IMG/VR virus record: IMGVR_UViG_3300032167_000028
Length of the DNA stretch: 42,347 bases
Reading direction: 5' to 3' (one strand)
DNA from: a virus
Lineage: Duplodnaviria > Heunggongvirae > Uroviricota > Caudoviricetes
Within the stretch, counting starts at the first letter, position 1; each line of letters opens with the position of its first letter. The notes beneath the pieces were generated by a model that saw nothing but the letters and a program-made list of their open reading frames with translations, made no database searches and was not told the origin of the DNA. Of the stretch, positions 34,201 through 42,347 are shown one piece after another. The position numbers and the translations under genes are program-made.

Positions 34201-35225
34201 TTCTGTAAAGTTGGCATTTTACTTACATAATAATCTAAGTCGGAGACATTATGCTCATAATTTATCCAAGGCAAACATGGAATACGGAGCGGCCTTTTAA
34301 TTGTATATTCCTGACAAGCTTCTGCAATATTATGAATATTTTCGTAAGCTTTTTGAAGAACTGACTTTTCAAAATATGAAAAATAAGATTCAAGTTCTTC
34401 CGTTCCCATCATATAAGTCGTTTCATAGAAAGATCTAACCTCACGATCACCATCTTGAGAATTAAGATATTTTTCATGAATATAAGCATCTTCCTTCTTT
34501 AGATAGTGACTATCAGTTGTGATGATATAAGGAATACCAAGCTCCGCACTAATCTGCTGAATATAAATATTTACACATTCTTGGTCAAGATTTTTAGAAG
34601 GTTGCATTTCAAGATAGAAGTTACCTTCTCCAAAAATTCCTACCATATATTGGCACCAATTAAGTGCTGTCTCCCAATATTTAGTATCTCCAGTGTCTCT
34701 AAACTTCAATAAAAATTTCGGGAGCTGTCCACCAAGACATGCGGTAGAACCAATAATATGACCCGGATTTTTGCCAATAATATCTTTCAAATCCTGATAA
34801 TAGGTCGGTACTCGACGCATACGACGAGAAACAAATGAACGTTTCCACGCCCTTGTGGAAAGTTCACAAAGTTGATGATAGCCTTCAATATCTTTAGCAA
34901 GGAGTATAAAATGATAATAATCATCGCCCTTATCCTTGTTAAAATTGCTGCCATTCAACTTATTACGAGTAAGATAAATTTCATTACCACGAATGATTTT
35001 AATCTTATCTTTTACTTTAATATTATTTTCTTTGTCAAGAACTTTTTCTCCATAGTTCTCAACCTGAATAAAACTAGAAAGAGTTTCGTGGTCAGTAATG
35101 GCCACGCACTCATGTCCTAGTTCAATTGCATAATCAATCAAGTCAGAGATTTTATTGATACAATCTCGCAGACGATTATTACTATGATCTGTGTGATTGT
35201 GTACGCTTCCAGGATATCTTCTCAT
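31227..35225 (-). CDS. dnaE: DNA polymerase III alpha subunit (DnaE-type, family C) with PHP domain
   Basis: PHP residues HNH, ITDH, GNE, TACLGG and TTDSHY; catalytic DIDFD and KYDAL; HAGG, GYSFNRSH and a C-terminal OB fold. No TAG in 1,332 codons. Confidence 0.96.
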   Translation of the reverse strand: MRRYPGSVHNHTDHSNNRLRDCINKISDLIDYAIELGHECVAITDHETLSSFIQVENYGEKVLDKENNIKVKDKIKIIRGNEIYLTRNKLNGSNFNKDKGDDYYHFILLAKDIEGYHQLCELSTRAWKRSFVSRRMRRVPTYYQDLKDIIGKNPGHIIGSTACLGGQLPKFLLKFRDTGDTKYWETALNWCQYMVGIFGEGNFYLEMQPSKNLDQECVNIYIQQISAELGIPYIITTDSHYLKKEDAYIHEKYLNSQDGDREVRSFYETTYMMGTEELESYFSYFEKSVLQKAYENIHNIAEACQEYTIKRPLRIPCLPWINYEHNVSDLDYYVSKMPTLQKFIDSPHVADNELVYATIAGIKKHSDLQNDEAYAALEECLEMTWISSEVNNAQWSAYYLNLQKIIEECWNAGTIVGCARGSGGGFVLLYCLDIIQMNCLRETTKCFPWRFLNPKRVSVLDIDFDISGLKRGQVLEHLRKVYGEDRVCNVATFRTEKSKSAILTAARGLNMPPEDGQYFASLITSERGQLYSLKKMYYGSEKDGIAPSSTFVQEMDTHPDLWRIAQKIEGLICGVGIHAGGIVFNDEPFTNTAALMRAPDGTIISAFELHDLEECSLIKYDALSVEGMDRIQVCLELLQEYGYVKPEATLKETYEKVIGIYNIERDDPKMWKKIWDHEIVSLFQMEQQSGLQGIALSKPKNVNDLAVLNSVIRLMAPEKGAEQPLEMWARYRKHPGAWVREMRVYGLSEENINWLSNHSAITDGICESQEGLMSLVQEPKLGGNDLTFADKCRKGLAKKIGAIFDECERTYFKNAQDSNCDDKLVHYVWDVMLKVQRGYSFNRSHCLAYSLVALQEMNLAYKYPIIFWNTANLIVDSAGKEETEEGDDECIVVELEDAPEDSEEIVDIYEPEEWEEFEYEDIPEQNVKKKKKKTKSINFGKIATAIGRFQTAGIKITPPDINKSGFTFTPLVEENSIASGLRNITRISADLVNQIIANRPYESIEDFQHKVKVNRTQMLNLLKCGAFDNLYPDRMKIIETYLATKAQTKEKLTLANVPMLMKYHILDEEASEFCELYAYNRFLRKHIVDDKIIFPEKALTYFCNRFDVDLLLDGTSIAVKTWEKIYKKEIAPLSVFIKENMDDLLSKLNEALIQEQFENYAKGTISHYEIESMSFYYHEHELEKVDPIAYNIVDFNSLPTEPVIERTIPTKDGKFIQLFELNCICGTVLDKNKLKNSVTLLTPTGVVTVKIWKNQFAKYDKQISEIQLDGKKKVREKSWFSRGNLLYLQGIRRGDAFIPKAYKNSLHRIPIMKITSVEGKHFTYTDKRYDEE

Positions 35226-35253
35226 TCACTTTACTCCTTCCTTAATTAATTAT

Positions 35254-35282
35254 ATTATAACACAATTTTTATAAATTATCAA
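35254..35282 (-). promoter_or_regulatory. SigmaA-type promoter upstream of dnaE
   Basis: TTGATA-17 nt-TATAAT with an extended TG. The -35 box overlaps the recJ TGA stop. Confidence 0.8.
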
Positions 35283-37012
35283 AATTCATAAGTCGTGTCA
35301 GTCATTTCATAATCATCAATTAAAATTTGTGGTGTAGTGCGGCCAGCCCAAGTATTCTTTTTAATCTTTCCATAAACAGTGATGGTGCCGCGTTCATATG
35401 CTTTACATTCTTGAGCAAAGTCACTATCCTTAAAACGTACATATTCTACACCATTATGAGTGAATTTACAAGAATCTTTATTCTCACCCATTAAGAACCA
35501 TTGTTCGCTACAATAAGGAACATCTTTTACAACAACAACCGGTTCTTCAATATCATTACCCCATAGTTCTGGGTGTTCAGCAATTTGTAATAAAATATCA
35601 CCGAAGTTTTCATTATCATTAAATATATAGTCTACATAATAGACATTGGCTAAACCTTCATCGGAAATATTACTGTTAGCATATTCAAGAAGTTTTTCAA
35701 GATTAGATTCATGAATACTACAGCCGGCTGCATTAGGATGTCCCTGTACATATTCTACAAGTTCACTACCTTCGAGGAAAGCCTTAAAATCTGGAACCTC
35801 TGAGAAAGAATCGTTGCCACGCATTGAACCACGAAGATATCCTTCAGAGTTCTTTGCTACAATTGCACAAGGACGATGATAACGATTTACGAACTGAGTA
35901 CAAATTAAACCTCGAAGTTCTTGTGGAATATTATCTTTATCATTTACCTCAACAATAAGAATCTTATTATCAAGAAGAGCATATTTCTGAATTCTCATAT
36001 CAAGAAGTTCAGTAGATTTTTCCTTAATACGATTCTGTCGATTACGAGCATTGGAAGCACGACGAGCCATTTCTACGCAGGTTTCTTCCATATCTCCCGC
36101 TTTTGCTCCACGTTTATCGGTTTGAATAAGTTCGTGTGGATTAATAAAAGCATTAAACAGTAAACGCTTTTCTTCCATTGTTCCAACGCGTACAATAGCG
36201 TTTAGAAGTGGAACGATATAGAAAGCAACATTGATATAGCCCAGCTCTTTTGTTTCTTTAAACAGGGAATAAGACTGCTGATTAATAAAAGCTTTAAAGC
36301 CATCATTATTAATCTTCTTTAAACCTTCTGTAATATAATATCGAGTTTCTGGATGCTTCATGCTCATACAGTCAGCAACATTTGCAAGAGCACATAAATC
36401 CATATATTTCTCACAATAGCCACTATCACCAAACTTATCGTCCATTACCATAAGAAATTTATAGACTACACCAGCACCACAAAAATATTTATTAGAATAA
36501 TTCTTAGATAACTGATTATTTACTACAACTGCATATGGGCTATATGAATCCGCGTGGTGGTGATCAAGAACAAGAACTTCTTTTCCTACCTCTTGTAGTC
36601 GTCTATGTTCTTCAATATCAAAGCTACTGGCATCAGGAAGAATGATTAAGTCATAATCACTTTCAATTACATCTTCAATAATATCATCAAGACCATGAGC
36701 TTTATGTTCGTGGCATACATATTCAAGTCTTGCTTTTGGATAAAAATCCTTTATATAAAGCCACATCATCGCGGCACTACAAATACCATCTGTGTCAGCA
36801 TCTTGTACAATAAGAATACTACTATCATTTTCAAGATGCTTAAAAAGTAAATCCGCGGCTTCAGAGATATTATCAAGTAGATAAGGGTCTAACTCATATT
36901 CTTTGCTGGGATTTATATATCCTTCAATATTTTCAACTCCTCGTGCTGTAAGAAGTTCGACTAAACAATTCTCTGGAGAATGAGTAAGGTTATACTTTAA
37001 CTTATAGTTCAT
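35279..37012 (-). CDS. recJ: RecJ-like single-stranded DNA exonuclease (DHH/DHHA1)
   Basis: QDADTDG, LPDAS, LDHHH, GAGVVYK, ANVADCM, GSMRG and GHPNAAG. Confidence 0.9.
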   Translation of the reverse strand: MNYKLKYNLTHSPENCLVELLTARGVENIEGYINPSKEYELDPYLLDNISEAADLLFKHLENDSSILIVQDADTDGICSAAMMWLYIKDFYPKARLEYVCHEHKAHGLDDIIEDVIESDYDLIILPDASSFDIEEHRRLQEVGKEVLVLDHHHADSYSPYAVVVNNQLSKNYSNKYFCGAGVVYKFLMVMDDKFGDSGYCEKYMDLCALANVADCMSMKHPETRYYITEGLKKINNDGFKAFINQQSYSLFKETKELGYINVAFYIVPLLNAIVRVGTMEEKRLLFNAFINPHELIQTDKRGAKAGDMEETCVEMARRASNARNRQNRIKEKSTELLDMRIQKYALLDNKILIVEVNDKDNIPQELRGLICTQFVNRYHRPCAIVAKNSEGYLRGSMRGNDSFSEVPDFKAFLEGSELVEYVQGHPNAAGCSIHESNLEKLLEYANSNISDEGLANVYYVDYIFNDNENFGDILLQIAEHPELWGNDIEEPVVVVKDVPYCSEQWFLMGENKDSCKFTHNGVEYVRFKDSDFAQECKAYERGTITVYGKIKKNTWAGRTTPQILIDDYEMTDTTYEF

Positions 37013-38121
37013 TTGATTTTAATCCGCCTCTTCATTAAATACTCTAGTTTTTCTTGTCCTTGATCGCAAGGAGCATCCTTCTTATTTAAGATATTCTGTT
37101 CGTCAAAAATATAATAGAAACTAGCCATCCCGCGATACTTTTCACATTTACTTATTAACTTTTTTCTATAATTCATTCCTTCTTCAGAGAAGCAATGATC
37201 ATATTCCTTGTCATAGGCAAGGATGATTTCATTTACACCTAATTCTTGAATAAGAAGATTAATTTGAAATCGATTTAATTGAGAGCCACATGTTGCAACT
37301 GCCACACTATATGGACCATAGTAAGCAGAATCTTTCAGAACAGATTTTTCTCCCTCATAAATAACAACTCGTTTAGTTCTTTGAATTGCCTTTTTATGCT
37401 CCCAAATACCATACAAATTAAATCCCAGCTGATGATTAAACATTTTTTCGCCAATTTGAGCTGGACGATATTTACCATATACCAAATCTTCTTCATCAAT
37501 TGCACGCGTACGAATACCAATTAATCGTCCGCTAATATCATAATGAGGAATAATAATTCGATTAGTTCCATAAGAGAATCGAATATTGAATAGACTTTGG
37601 ACATCACTGGTGATTCCTTCCATTTCCCATAAAGGATGGCTAAATGGGACGAAATAATCTAGTGCATATTTATTAACCTCCGGTAAGGTAATAATAGATT
37701 GCCGTGGAAGTTCTTTTTCAGTTTCCCAAGAAACAATTTCAACTGGTCGAATATCTTTTTCTTCAACATCAATAAATTGTTTTAAATAATATAAGGCTTC
37801 ATCATAAGAAACTTCTTGATGATTAATTGCCATATATTTTTGATAAAGTACAATAATATTAAAGTTTTCGCTACATTCTGTATAGCAATGAAAACTTTTA
37901 TTTAAATTATAATAATAAAGCTTCATACTTTCTGCTTCGTCAATTGGATTATGACAAATTGTTGGGCAGACAATATAGTCAGTATGAATTTCTAAGTTAT
38001 CTACTCCTAAACTTCTTAGAAATAACACAACTTTATCAATTGTAAAACTACTAATAATAGTTTTTACATCCAATGAATTTTTTACTGCAAGTTCATCATA
38101 GAAACCATCAGTTTTACACAT
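37009..38121 (-). CDS. DnaG-like DNA primase
   Basis: Zn-binding CPTICH...HCYTEC, IIIPHYD..GRLIGIRTR, and TOPRIM EGEKS and ILAYD. Confidence 0.88.
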   Translation of the reverse strand: MCKTDGFYDELAVKNSLDVKTIISSFTIDKVVLFLRSLGVDNLEIHTDYIVCPTICHNPIDEAESMKLYYYNLNKSFHCYTECSENFNIIVLYQKYMAINHQEVSYDEALYYLKQFIDVEEKDIRPVEIVSWETEKELPRQSIITLPEVNKYALDYFVPFSHPLWEMEGITSDVQSLFNIRFSYGTNRIIIPHYDISGRLIGIRTRAIDEEDLVYGKYRPAQIGEKMFNHQLGFNLYGIWEHKKAIQRTKRVVIYEGEKSVLKDSAYYGPYSVAVATCGSQLNRFQINLLIQELGVNEIILAYDKEYDHCFSEEGMNYRKKLISKCEKYRGMASFYYIFDEQNILNKKDAPCDQGQEKLEYLMKRRIKIK

Positions 38122-39728
38122 TAAAATTCATCATCTGCTTTCTCTTCAAAATTTGGATTAGGGCAATCAATTGGAATGGTTTTTAAGAAATCTTTAGTCA
38201 CCCAAACTTCCTCACCTGGAAGTGGAGGAATAAATTCATATTCTTTCATCGGTATAAGATTATATTGTTCATCTGTCATAAAGAGATCAACCTTAAAGCC
38301 TGTACCTAAATTTATTTTAGACCAGATACGGCAACCCTTATAAGTACCATTACGTAACTTATAAATATCTGTAACATGTGTTGGAGAACCATATTCTTTA
38401 ATTAGTTCGTGTATCTGCTCAAGTTCTGTTGGATCAACTTTTGCAATAAGACAACCTACATCACACTTATCTGCAATCGCTTTTGAACCACGAAGATTTC
38501 TCTGATCTCGTTTTTCACCGACTTTTAAACCATCACCATTAACCTGAGTACTAGTCATGACAAACACATTATAATTGGCTGCGATTTCTTTTAACTGATT
38601 AGACAACATACCAAGTGCTACATCTTCTCGAATACCACTTGAACTAAATTGAGAAATCAAAGACGGAGAAGAAAAGATATAGTCATAAAAAACATAGCCA
38701 ACATCATTAAGTAAAACATGCTTTTTGATTACTGTTTGAACATTATTGAGGTTTGGATCTTCAATAGATTCCAAAATAAAGTAATTACTATACTTATCAA
38801 TAATGTCTAAGGCAATTGCAATTCTCTTCTTTTCTGCCGCGGTACAAGCGTTTAATTTAATTACCTGCTCTTCTACTCCTGCTACATAAGCTAGAATAAT
38901 AGTTTGAATTTCCTTTGCTTTCATCTCAGTGGTAATAAAAAGAACTTTCTGAGGTTCTTTATCTCTCACCCACACAAAGCTTTGTTTTGCCTCATCAAAA
39001 TGAATTGGAAATACAATACTGCAAGCATCAAATACTGACCAGCGAGTTTTACCAACGTTTGTACCACCAGAACGAAGATACATCTTTCCTCGAATGGCTC
39101 CGCGAACAACAGAATTATAATACGCACCATTTAATTCTGGACCAATTTCTGGAGCCTGTGCAAGTTCTTCAAGTAGCTCACGAAGTCCTTCATTCGCACG
39201 AATATAACCACTTGTACCATAAGTATGTCGTGAACGAATAGAAGAAAAAGATTTTTCTACATATGCAAGAATATCTTCTTCAGTCGCTTCTTCATATCGT
39301 GTAATACAATCAAATTCCTGTTTACTTCCGGGTGGTGCCTCTTCTACATCATATGGAGAAATATCATAACCATGAAGTTTAAGATCTCGTAGAAGAGAGT
39401 TCTTTTTTAATCTATTATAAAATGCCGTGAAATTTTCAGGCTGTCCTTTATCCAAACACATCATAACAAACTCTCGTCCATTATATCGACGATAAGTTTG
39501 CTGAAATGTTGGATAATCTTGCAGATATGCCTCAATTGTTACTGCGTTGATTTTTACTGTACCACTATCAATCAAATTAGAAAGAGAAAAATAAATAACT
39601 CTCGCAATTTGGTTTTCTTGGCTAAAGTCATCAATAGCAATCGGCATAGGCAAACTGCTTAATACTGAAGGCTCTTTCATAATACTTCCTAGAACCTGGC
39701 AGTATAAATCAGTATTATTAAAAGTCAT
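38121..39728 (-). CDS. Replicative DnaB/SF4-like DNA helicase
   Basis: Walker A GGTNVGKT, FITTEM, VFYDYI, LKEIAA...TSTQVN and LRGSKAIADK. Confidence 0.88.
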   Translation of the reverse strand: MTFNNTDLYCQVLGSIMKEPSVLSSLPMPIAIDDFSQENQIARVIYFSLSNLIDSGTVKINAVTIEAYLQDYPTFQQTYRRYNGREFVMMCLDKGQPENFTAFYNRLKKNSLLRDLKLHGYDISPYDVEEAPPGSKQEFDCITRYEEATEEDILAYVEKSFSSIRSRHTYGTSGYIRANEGLRELLEELAQAPEIGPELNGAYYNSVVRGAIRGKMYLRSGGTNVGKTRWSVFDACSIVFPIHFDEAKQSFVWVRDKEPQKVLFITTEMKAKEIQTIILAYVAGVEEQVIKLNACTAAEKKRIAIALDIIDKYSNYFILESIEDPNLNNVQTVIKKHVLLNDVGYVFYDYIFSSPSLISQFSSSGIREDVALGMLSNQLKEIAANYNVFVMTSTQVNGDGLKVGEKRDQRNLRGSKAIADKCDVGCLIAKVDPTELEQIHELIKEYGSPTHVTDIYKLRNGTYKGCRIWSKINLGTGFKVDLFMTDEQYNLIPMKEYEFIPPLPGEEVWVTKDFLKTIPIDCPNPNFEEKADDEF

Positions 39729-39739
39729 ATGCCTACTCC

Positions 39740-40222
39740 TTATACTTTACTTGGATCAATTTTTAAACGACTTGCTCGTTTACTATTATAGTTTGGCCGC
39801 ACTGTTTTAGTTGGCATTGTTTTCATTTCTGCAATCGCCTTTACAGTTTGTGCCTGTCTTTCTCTTAAAGATTGATAATATTGTTTTGCTTTATCTATAT
39901 AATCGGGTACATAATACAAGGTTGGAGTATAAATTGTAATGCGTTGAATATCATACATATAATGCAGAACCGCGGTGATATTTTTATATGAAAGTCCATG
40001 GTTTTCTTTTAACCGCTTAATCTGTGCAAATAATTTTTCATCCAATTTACTGATACTAAAGATACGGCAAATCTCTTTATATAAAAAATCATGATCTTCT
40101 TTTTCTTTTTCTTTAGATAAAAAAGAAGTGTAACATGTTTGATTACAAAAACAAATATCCTTGCCATTATAAACAATCATTTGTTTTTCATCTACAAGCT
40201 TTTTACACGTTGCACATCTCAT
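39740..40222 (-). CDS. Zinc-finger protein, possibly a helicase loader or initiator
   Basis: CATC...FCNQTC. First gene after the 40246-40274 promoter, directly upstream of the helicase. The function is inferred only. Confidence 0.6.
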   Translation of the reverse strand: MRCATCKKLVDEKQMIVYNGKDICFCNQTCYTSFLSKEKEKEDHDFLYKEICRIFSISKLDEKLFAQIKRLKENHGLSYKNITAVLHYMYDIQRITIYTPTLYYVPDYIDKAKQYYQSLRERQAQTVKAIAEMKTMPTKTVRPNYNSKRASRLKIDPSKV

Positions 40223-40245
40223 ACATATTCCACCTTTCTTATTTA

Positions 40246-40274
40246 ATTATATCATAATTTTTCACAATTGTCAA
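40246..40274 (-). promoter_or_regulatory. Consensus sigmaA-type promoter for the Zn-finger/helicase/primase/recJ genes
   Basis: TTGACA-17 nt-TATAAT with an extended TG. Confidence 0.9.
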
Positions 40275-40300
40275 AAATAAAACCCTATCTTTCGATAGGG
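40273..40300 (-). terminator. Intrinsic terminator after the ATPase gene
   Basis: CCCTATC-GAAA-GATAGGG followed by TTTTATTTTT on the - strand (GNRA loop). Confidence 0.85.
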
Positions 40301-40307
40301 AATATTT

Positions 40308-41300
40308 TTACAGTAGCTTCTTTAAATCTTCAATTACCAACTCAACCATATCCTGCTGTTCAGGAGTAGCCTTGGAAAGCTGCATATCATGACTGAAAAC
40401 ATTTACAACCGCAGTGCGAAGCTTTTCACGTCCATCCTCTGGATAAGTTGCTAGAATCTTATTCCAAAGTGCCTTTGCCTCTGCCATTGTTTCATCAAAG
40501 GGACGCTTTGTTGCAACAAAACCATAATCTACATCAGTAGAGTTAATAATGTTCGTGCCAGTCATATTAGCTTCCTTTTCCATTGCTTCAGCCATTGCAT
40601 CAACAAGCTCCTGATAACCAAGTGGAATTCGTGGAGCAAGATAACGATAACGAGAACCGGCGAAAATGGTAGGAGTACCACGAGTGTAAAGATAACGACT
40701 AGAAGCACCGCTTTTAATGTCGTACTCAACACCAATATAACCAATAACGTCAACCATGCGGTTTACAATTTGATAAGCTGCATTTGGAAGATCTGGAGCA
40801 AGAGCATCTAGCTCATTACCCTCTTCATCAGTATACTCAGTCTTCTTGGTCTTAGAGTGAGCGATAAATACAAGAGCATAACCAAGCTGAGTTAGTTCAC
40901 GGAAAGTTGTTTCAAACTCGTCCTTGAGCATACCCCAACCTTTACCGTAACCAATGTCACCAATTGCCTGCACACCCTCACGATTTAGGATATACTTCTC
41001 ACAAAGAGAATATGCAATTGCAACAGTGTCGATAACTACTGTCTCGTAAGCTTCCTTAACTTCTGGCTTCTTTAGCTGGCGGCAAACCTGCTTAAAATCT
41101 GCCCAAGAAGTAATATCAACTGGACGAACACCAACTAGACCATTATAGCCCTTCTCGAATGCTACAAGAAGTGGCTTTGGCCACATCGCGGACATACTGG
41201 TCTTGCCACTCTTAGCCTGACCATATAGCATAATAAAACGACCGCGTAGATCCTTACAAAGCTGTGTGGGCTGAATATTTAATAGATCAATAACTGCCAT
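40308..41300 (-). CDS. Sak4-like/AAA_24 P-loop ATPase (probable single-strand annealing/recombination protein)
   Basis: Walker A GQAKSGKT, LLVAFEKG, VVIDT, GYGKGW, FIAHS and DVIGY. Adjacent to the SSB gene. Confidence 0.8.
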   Translation of the reverse strand: MAVIDLLNIQPTQLCKDLRGRFIMLYGQAKSGKTSMSAMWPKPLLVAFEKGYNGLVGVRPVDITSWADFKQVCRQLKKPEVKEAYETVVIDTVAIAYSLCEKYILNREGVQAIGDIGYGKGWGMLKDEFETTFRELTQLGYALVFIAHSKTKKTEYTDEEGNELDALAPDLPNAAYQIVNRMVDVIGYIGVEYDIKSGASSRYLYTRGTPTIFAGSRYRYLAPRIPLGYQELVDAMAEAMEKEANMTGTNIINSTDVDYGFVATKRPFDETMAEAKALWNKILATYPEDGREKLRTAVVNVFSHDMQLSKATPEQQDMVELVIEDLKKLL

Positions 41301-41327
41301 TTTCTTTCTCCTTTAAGGTCAATGAAA

Positions 41328-41351
41328 GGGAGAGTGATAATCACTCTTCCC
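41328..41351 (-). terminator. Hairpin at the SSB 3' end (possible weak terminator or mRNA stabiliser)
   Basis: GGGAAGAGTGA-TTA-TCACTCTCCC with one bulge, followed by TTTC. It includes the TGA stop. Confidence 0.5.
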
Positions 41352-42312
41352 AATCATAAGTTGGTGCAGCGGAAGAAGTTGCAGCAGCTGGAGCCGCCTT
41401 ACCGGTCTTTGCCTTTGCACGAGCCTCAATCTTCTTCTGTTCCTTTAGAGTATTACGATCGGCCATCGCAACACGAATATCCTCTGGATTGTAGGAATTC
41501 TCTTCCTCATTTGGGCCATCCTCATGACCAATACCAGGACCAGTGATAATTAGCTCACGCTTCTTACGAGTAGTGGTCTGTGGAATAGACTCACCCCAAG
41601 TGTTCTCAGACTGACGAGTGATGGTTTCAGAAGTGAAACGAATACGACCAACGAAGTGGGCGGTATCATTCTGATTGTAATTACGCTCGATGAAGTCAAT
41701 TGCAGTTGGATTCTCAACAAAGAAATCAAGGCAATCAACCTTGCCACCATACTTAACAAGACCACCACGAATCTTTAGACGACCAGTCTCTTCACCCTCT
41801 GCAGTGACTTCACGATCAAGACCAAAGATGAAAATCTCGGCATCAAAGGTAGCACAGTCACCGGAATTACCGGAAGCCTGACCACGAGCTTCATTTAGGA
41901 AAGAAGCGTTAATATTCCAGCTAGAGATAACAGTCTCTGGATTACGAGAATCGGCAAACATGTTCTCACTTAGAGCACCATTACCACGACGACCATTGAT
42001 GTTTACCTTAGTCGCATTCTCAATGCCATGACGCTCCGCAGTCTTATACTCAGTAGAGTAACCACCTAGAGTATCATAAACTGGATTGTTGGTACCATCC
42101 TTCTTATGACGCATGGCAATGAAGCTTACGGGAATTTCACTAATCTCTTCCTTGCCATTGTAATACTGATTTACACGAATAGTGGCATTAGCACCACGAT
42201 ATGGCTTTGCACCCTTAGCCGTGCTGGTTTTACCATCACGAAGTTCAAAGCCAAGTAGAGAACCGTTAATTACTACGCTGTTCTGGGCTGGGGTATCAAT
42301 TGATCTAAACAT
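41341..42312 (-). CDS. Single-stranded DNA-binding protein, 323 aa (probably two OB folds plus an acidic tail)
   Basis: Two beta-rich halves, an Ala-rich linker and an acidic/aromatic C-terminus (TYDWEE). GGAGG RBS. Next to the Sak4-like ATPase. Confidence 0.72.
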   Translation of the reverse strand: MFRSIDTPAQNSVVINGSLLGFELRDGKTSTAKGAKPYRGANATIRVNQYYNGKEEISEIPVSFIAMRHKKDGTNNPVYDTLGGYSTEYKTAERHGIENATKVNINGRRGNGALSENMFADSRNPETVISSWNINASFLNEARGQASGNSGDCATFDAEIFIFGLDREVTAEGEETGRLKIRGGLVKYGGKVDCLDFFVENPTAIDFIERNYNQNDTAHFVGRIRFTSETITRQSENTWGESIPQTTTRKKRELIITGPGIGHEDGPNEEENSYNPEDIRVAMADRNTLKEQKKIEARAKAKTGKAAPAAATSSAAPTYDWEE

Positions 42313-42347
42313 AATTATTTTCCTCCAAATTGTGTTGTGTATTATTA

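Larger units (their letters stand above)
1..42347. mobile_element. Segment of a large tailed dsDNA bacteriophage genome using genetic code 15 (TAG=Gln): tail module (+) convergent with a replication/nucleotide-metabolism module (-)
   Basis: Tape measure and tail genes, a phage-type replisome, dense gene packing and no bacterial housekeeping context. No integrase or att site is seen, so the lifestyle is unknown. Confidence 0.95.

Noticed and set aside
555-41881. Short opposite-strand or off-frame ORFs in the track (for example 555-758, 3584-3769, 6435-6881, 7136-7429, 12967-13197, 28489-28764, 32034-32285, 41322-41546)
   Set aside because: They lie wholly within longer well-supported genes, lack RBSs and have shadow-ORF composition.
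40308-42312. Horizontally acquired island suggested by visibly higher GC
   Set aside because: The SSB and ATPase genes are in normal replication synteny. The shift is more simply explained by codon bias of highly expressed genes and Ala/Gly/Arg content.
21971-42347. Suppressor tRNA or other RNA gene
   Set aside because: Intergenic gaps are all under about 100 nt and are filled by promoters and terminators; no cloverleaf was seen. The recoding machinery, if phage-encoded, lies outside this window.

Overview
This window is part of a large, AT-rich, tailed dsDNA phage genome, probably infecting an anaerobic Bacillota host (inferred from sigmaA-type promoters, GGAGG ribosome-binding sites and a class III ribonucleotide reductase). 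It has two convergent arms that meet at a bidirectional terminator near 21,985. The + strand arm (1-21,970) is a long-tail module of six genes: tape measure, Dit-like, Tal/hub-like, two further large tail proteins and a repeat-containing fibre. The - strand arm (21,981-42,312) encodes SSB, a Sak4-like ATPase, helicase, primase, RecJ, DnaE, NrdD/NrdG, an FTR-like protein, a GIY-YIG nuclease, dUTPase, RuvC and a GT2 glycosyltransferase. The supplied ORF track is fragmented because the phage appears to read TAG as glutamine (genetic code 15). With TAG read as sense, the fragments join into full-length genes with RBSs, tight junctions and TAA/TGA stops. TAG use is strongly structured. It is absent, both as sense and as stop, from the roughly 5,000 codons of the replication block, frequent in the tail genes, and switched on gene by gene inside one sigmaA-driven operon, where both endonucleases are amber-dependent. 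Other oddities are a membrane-anchored GIY-YIG nuclease with an amber at its domain junction, strong over-representation of a CCGCGG/GCCGCG motif, and two apparent pseudo-enzymes (FTR-like and radical-SAM-like) beside nrdD/nrdG. I found no tRNA, release factor, CRISPR array or integrase in the window. Product calls come from motif recognition by eye, and all counts are manual.
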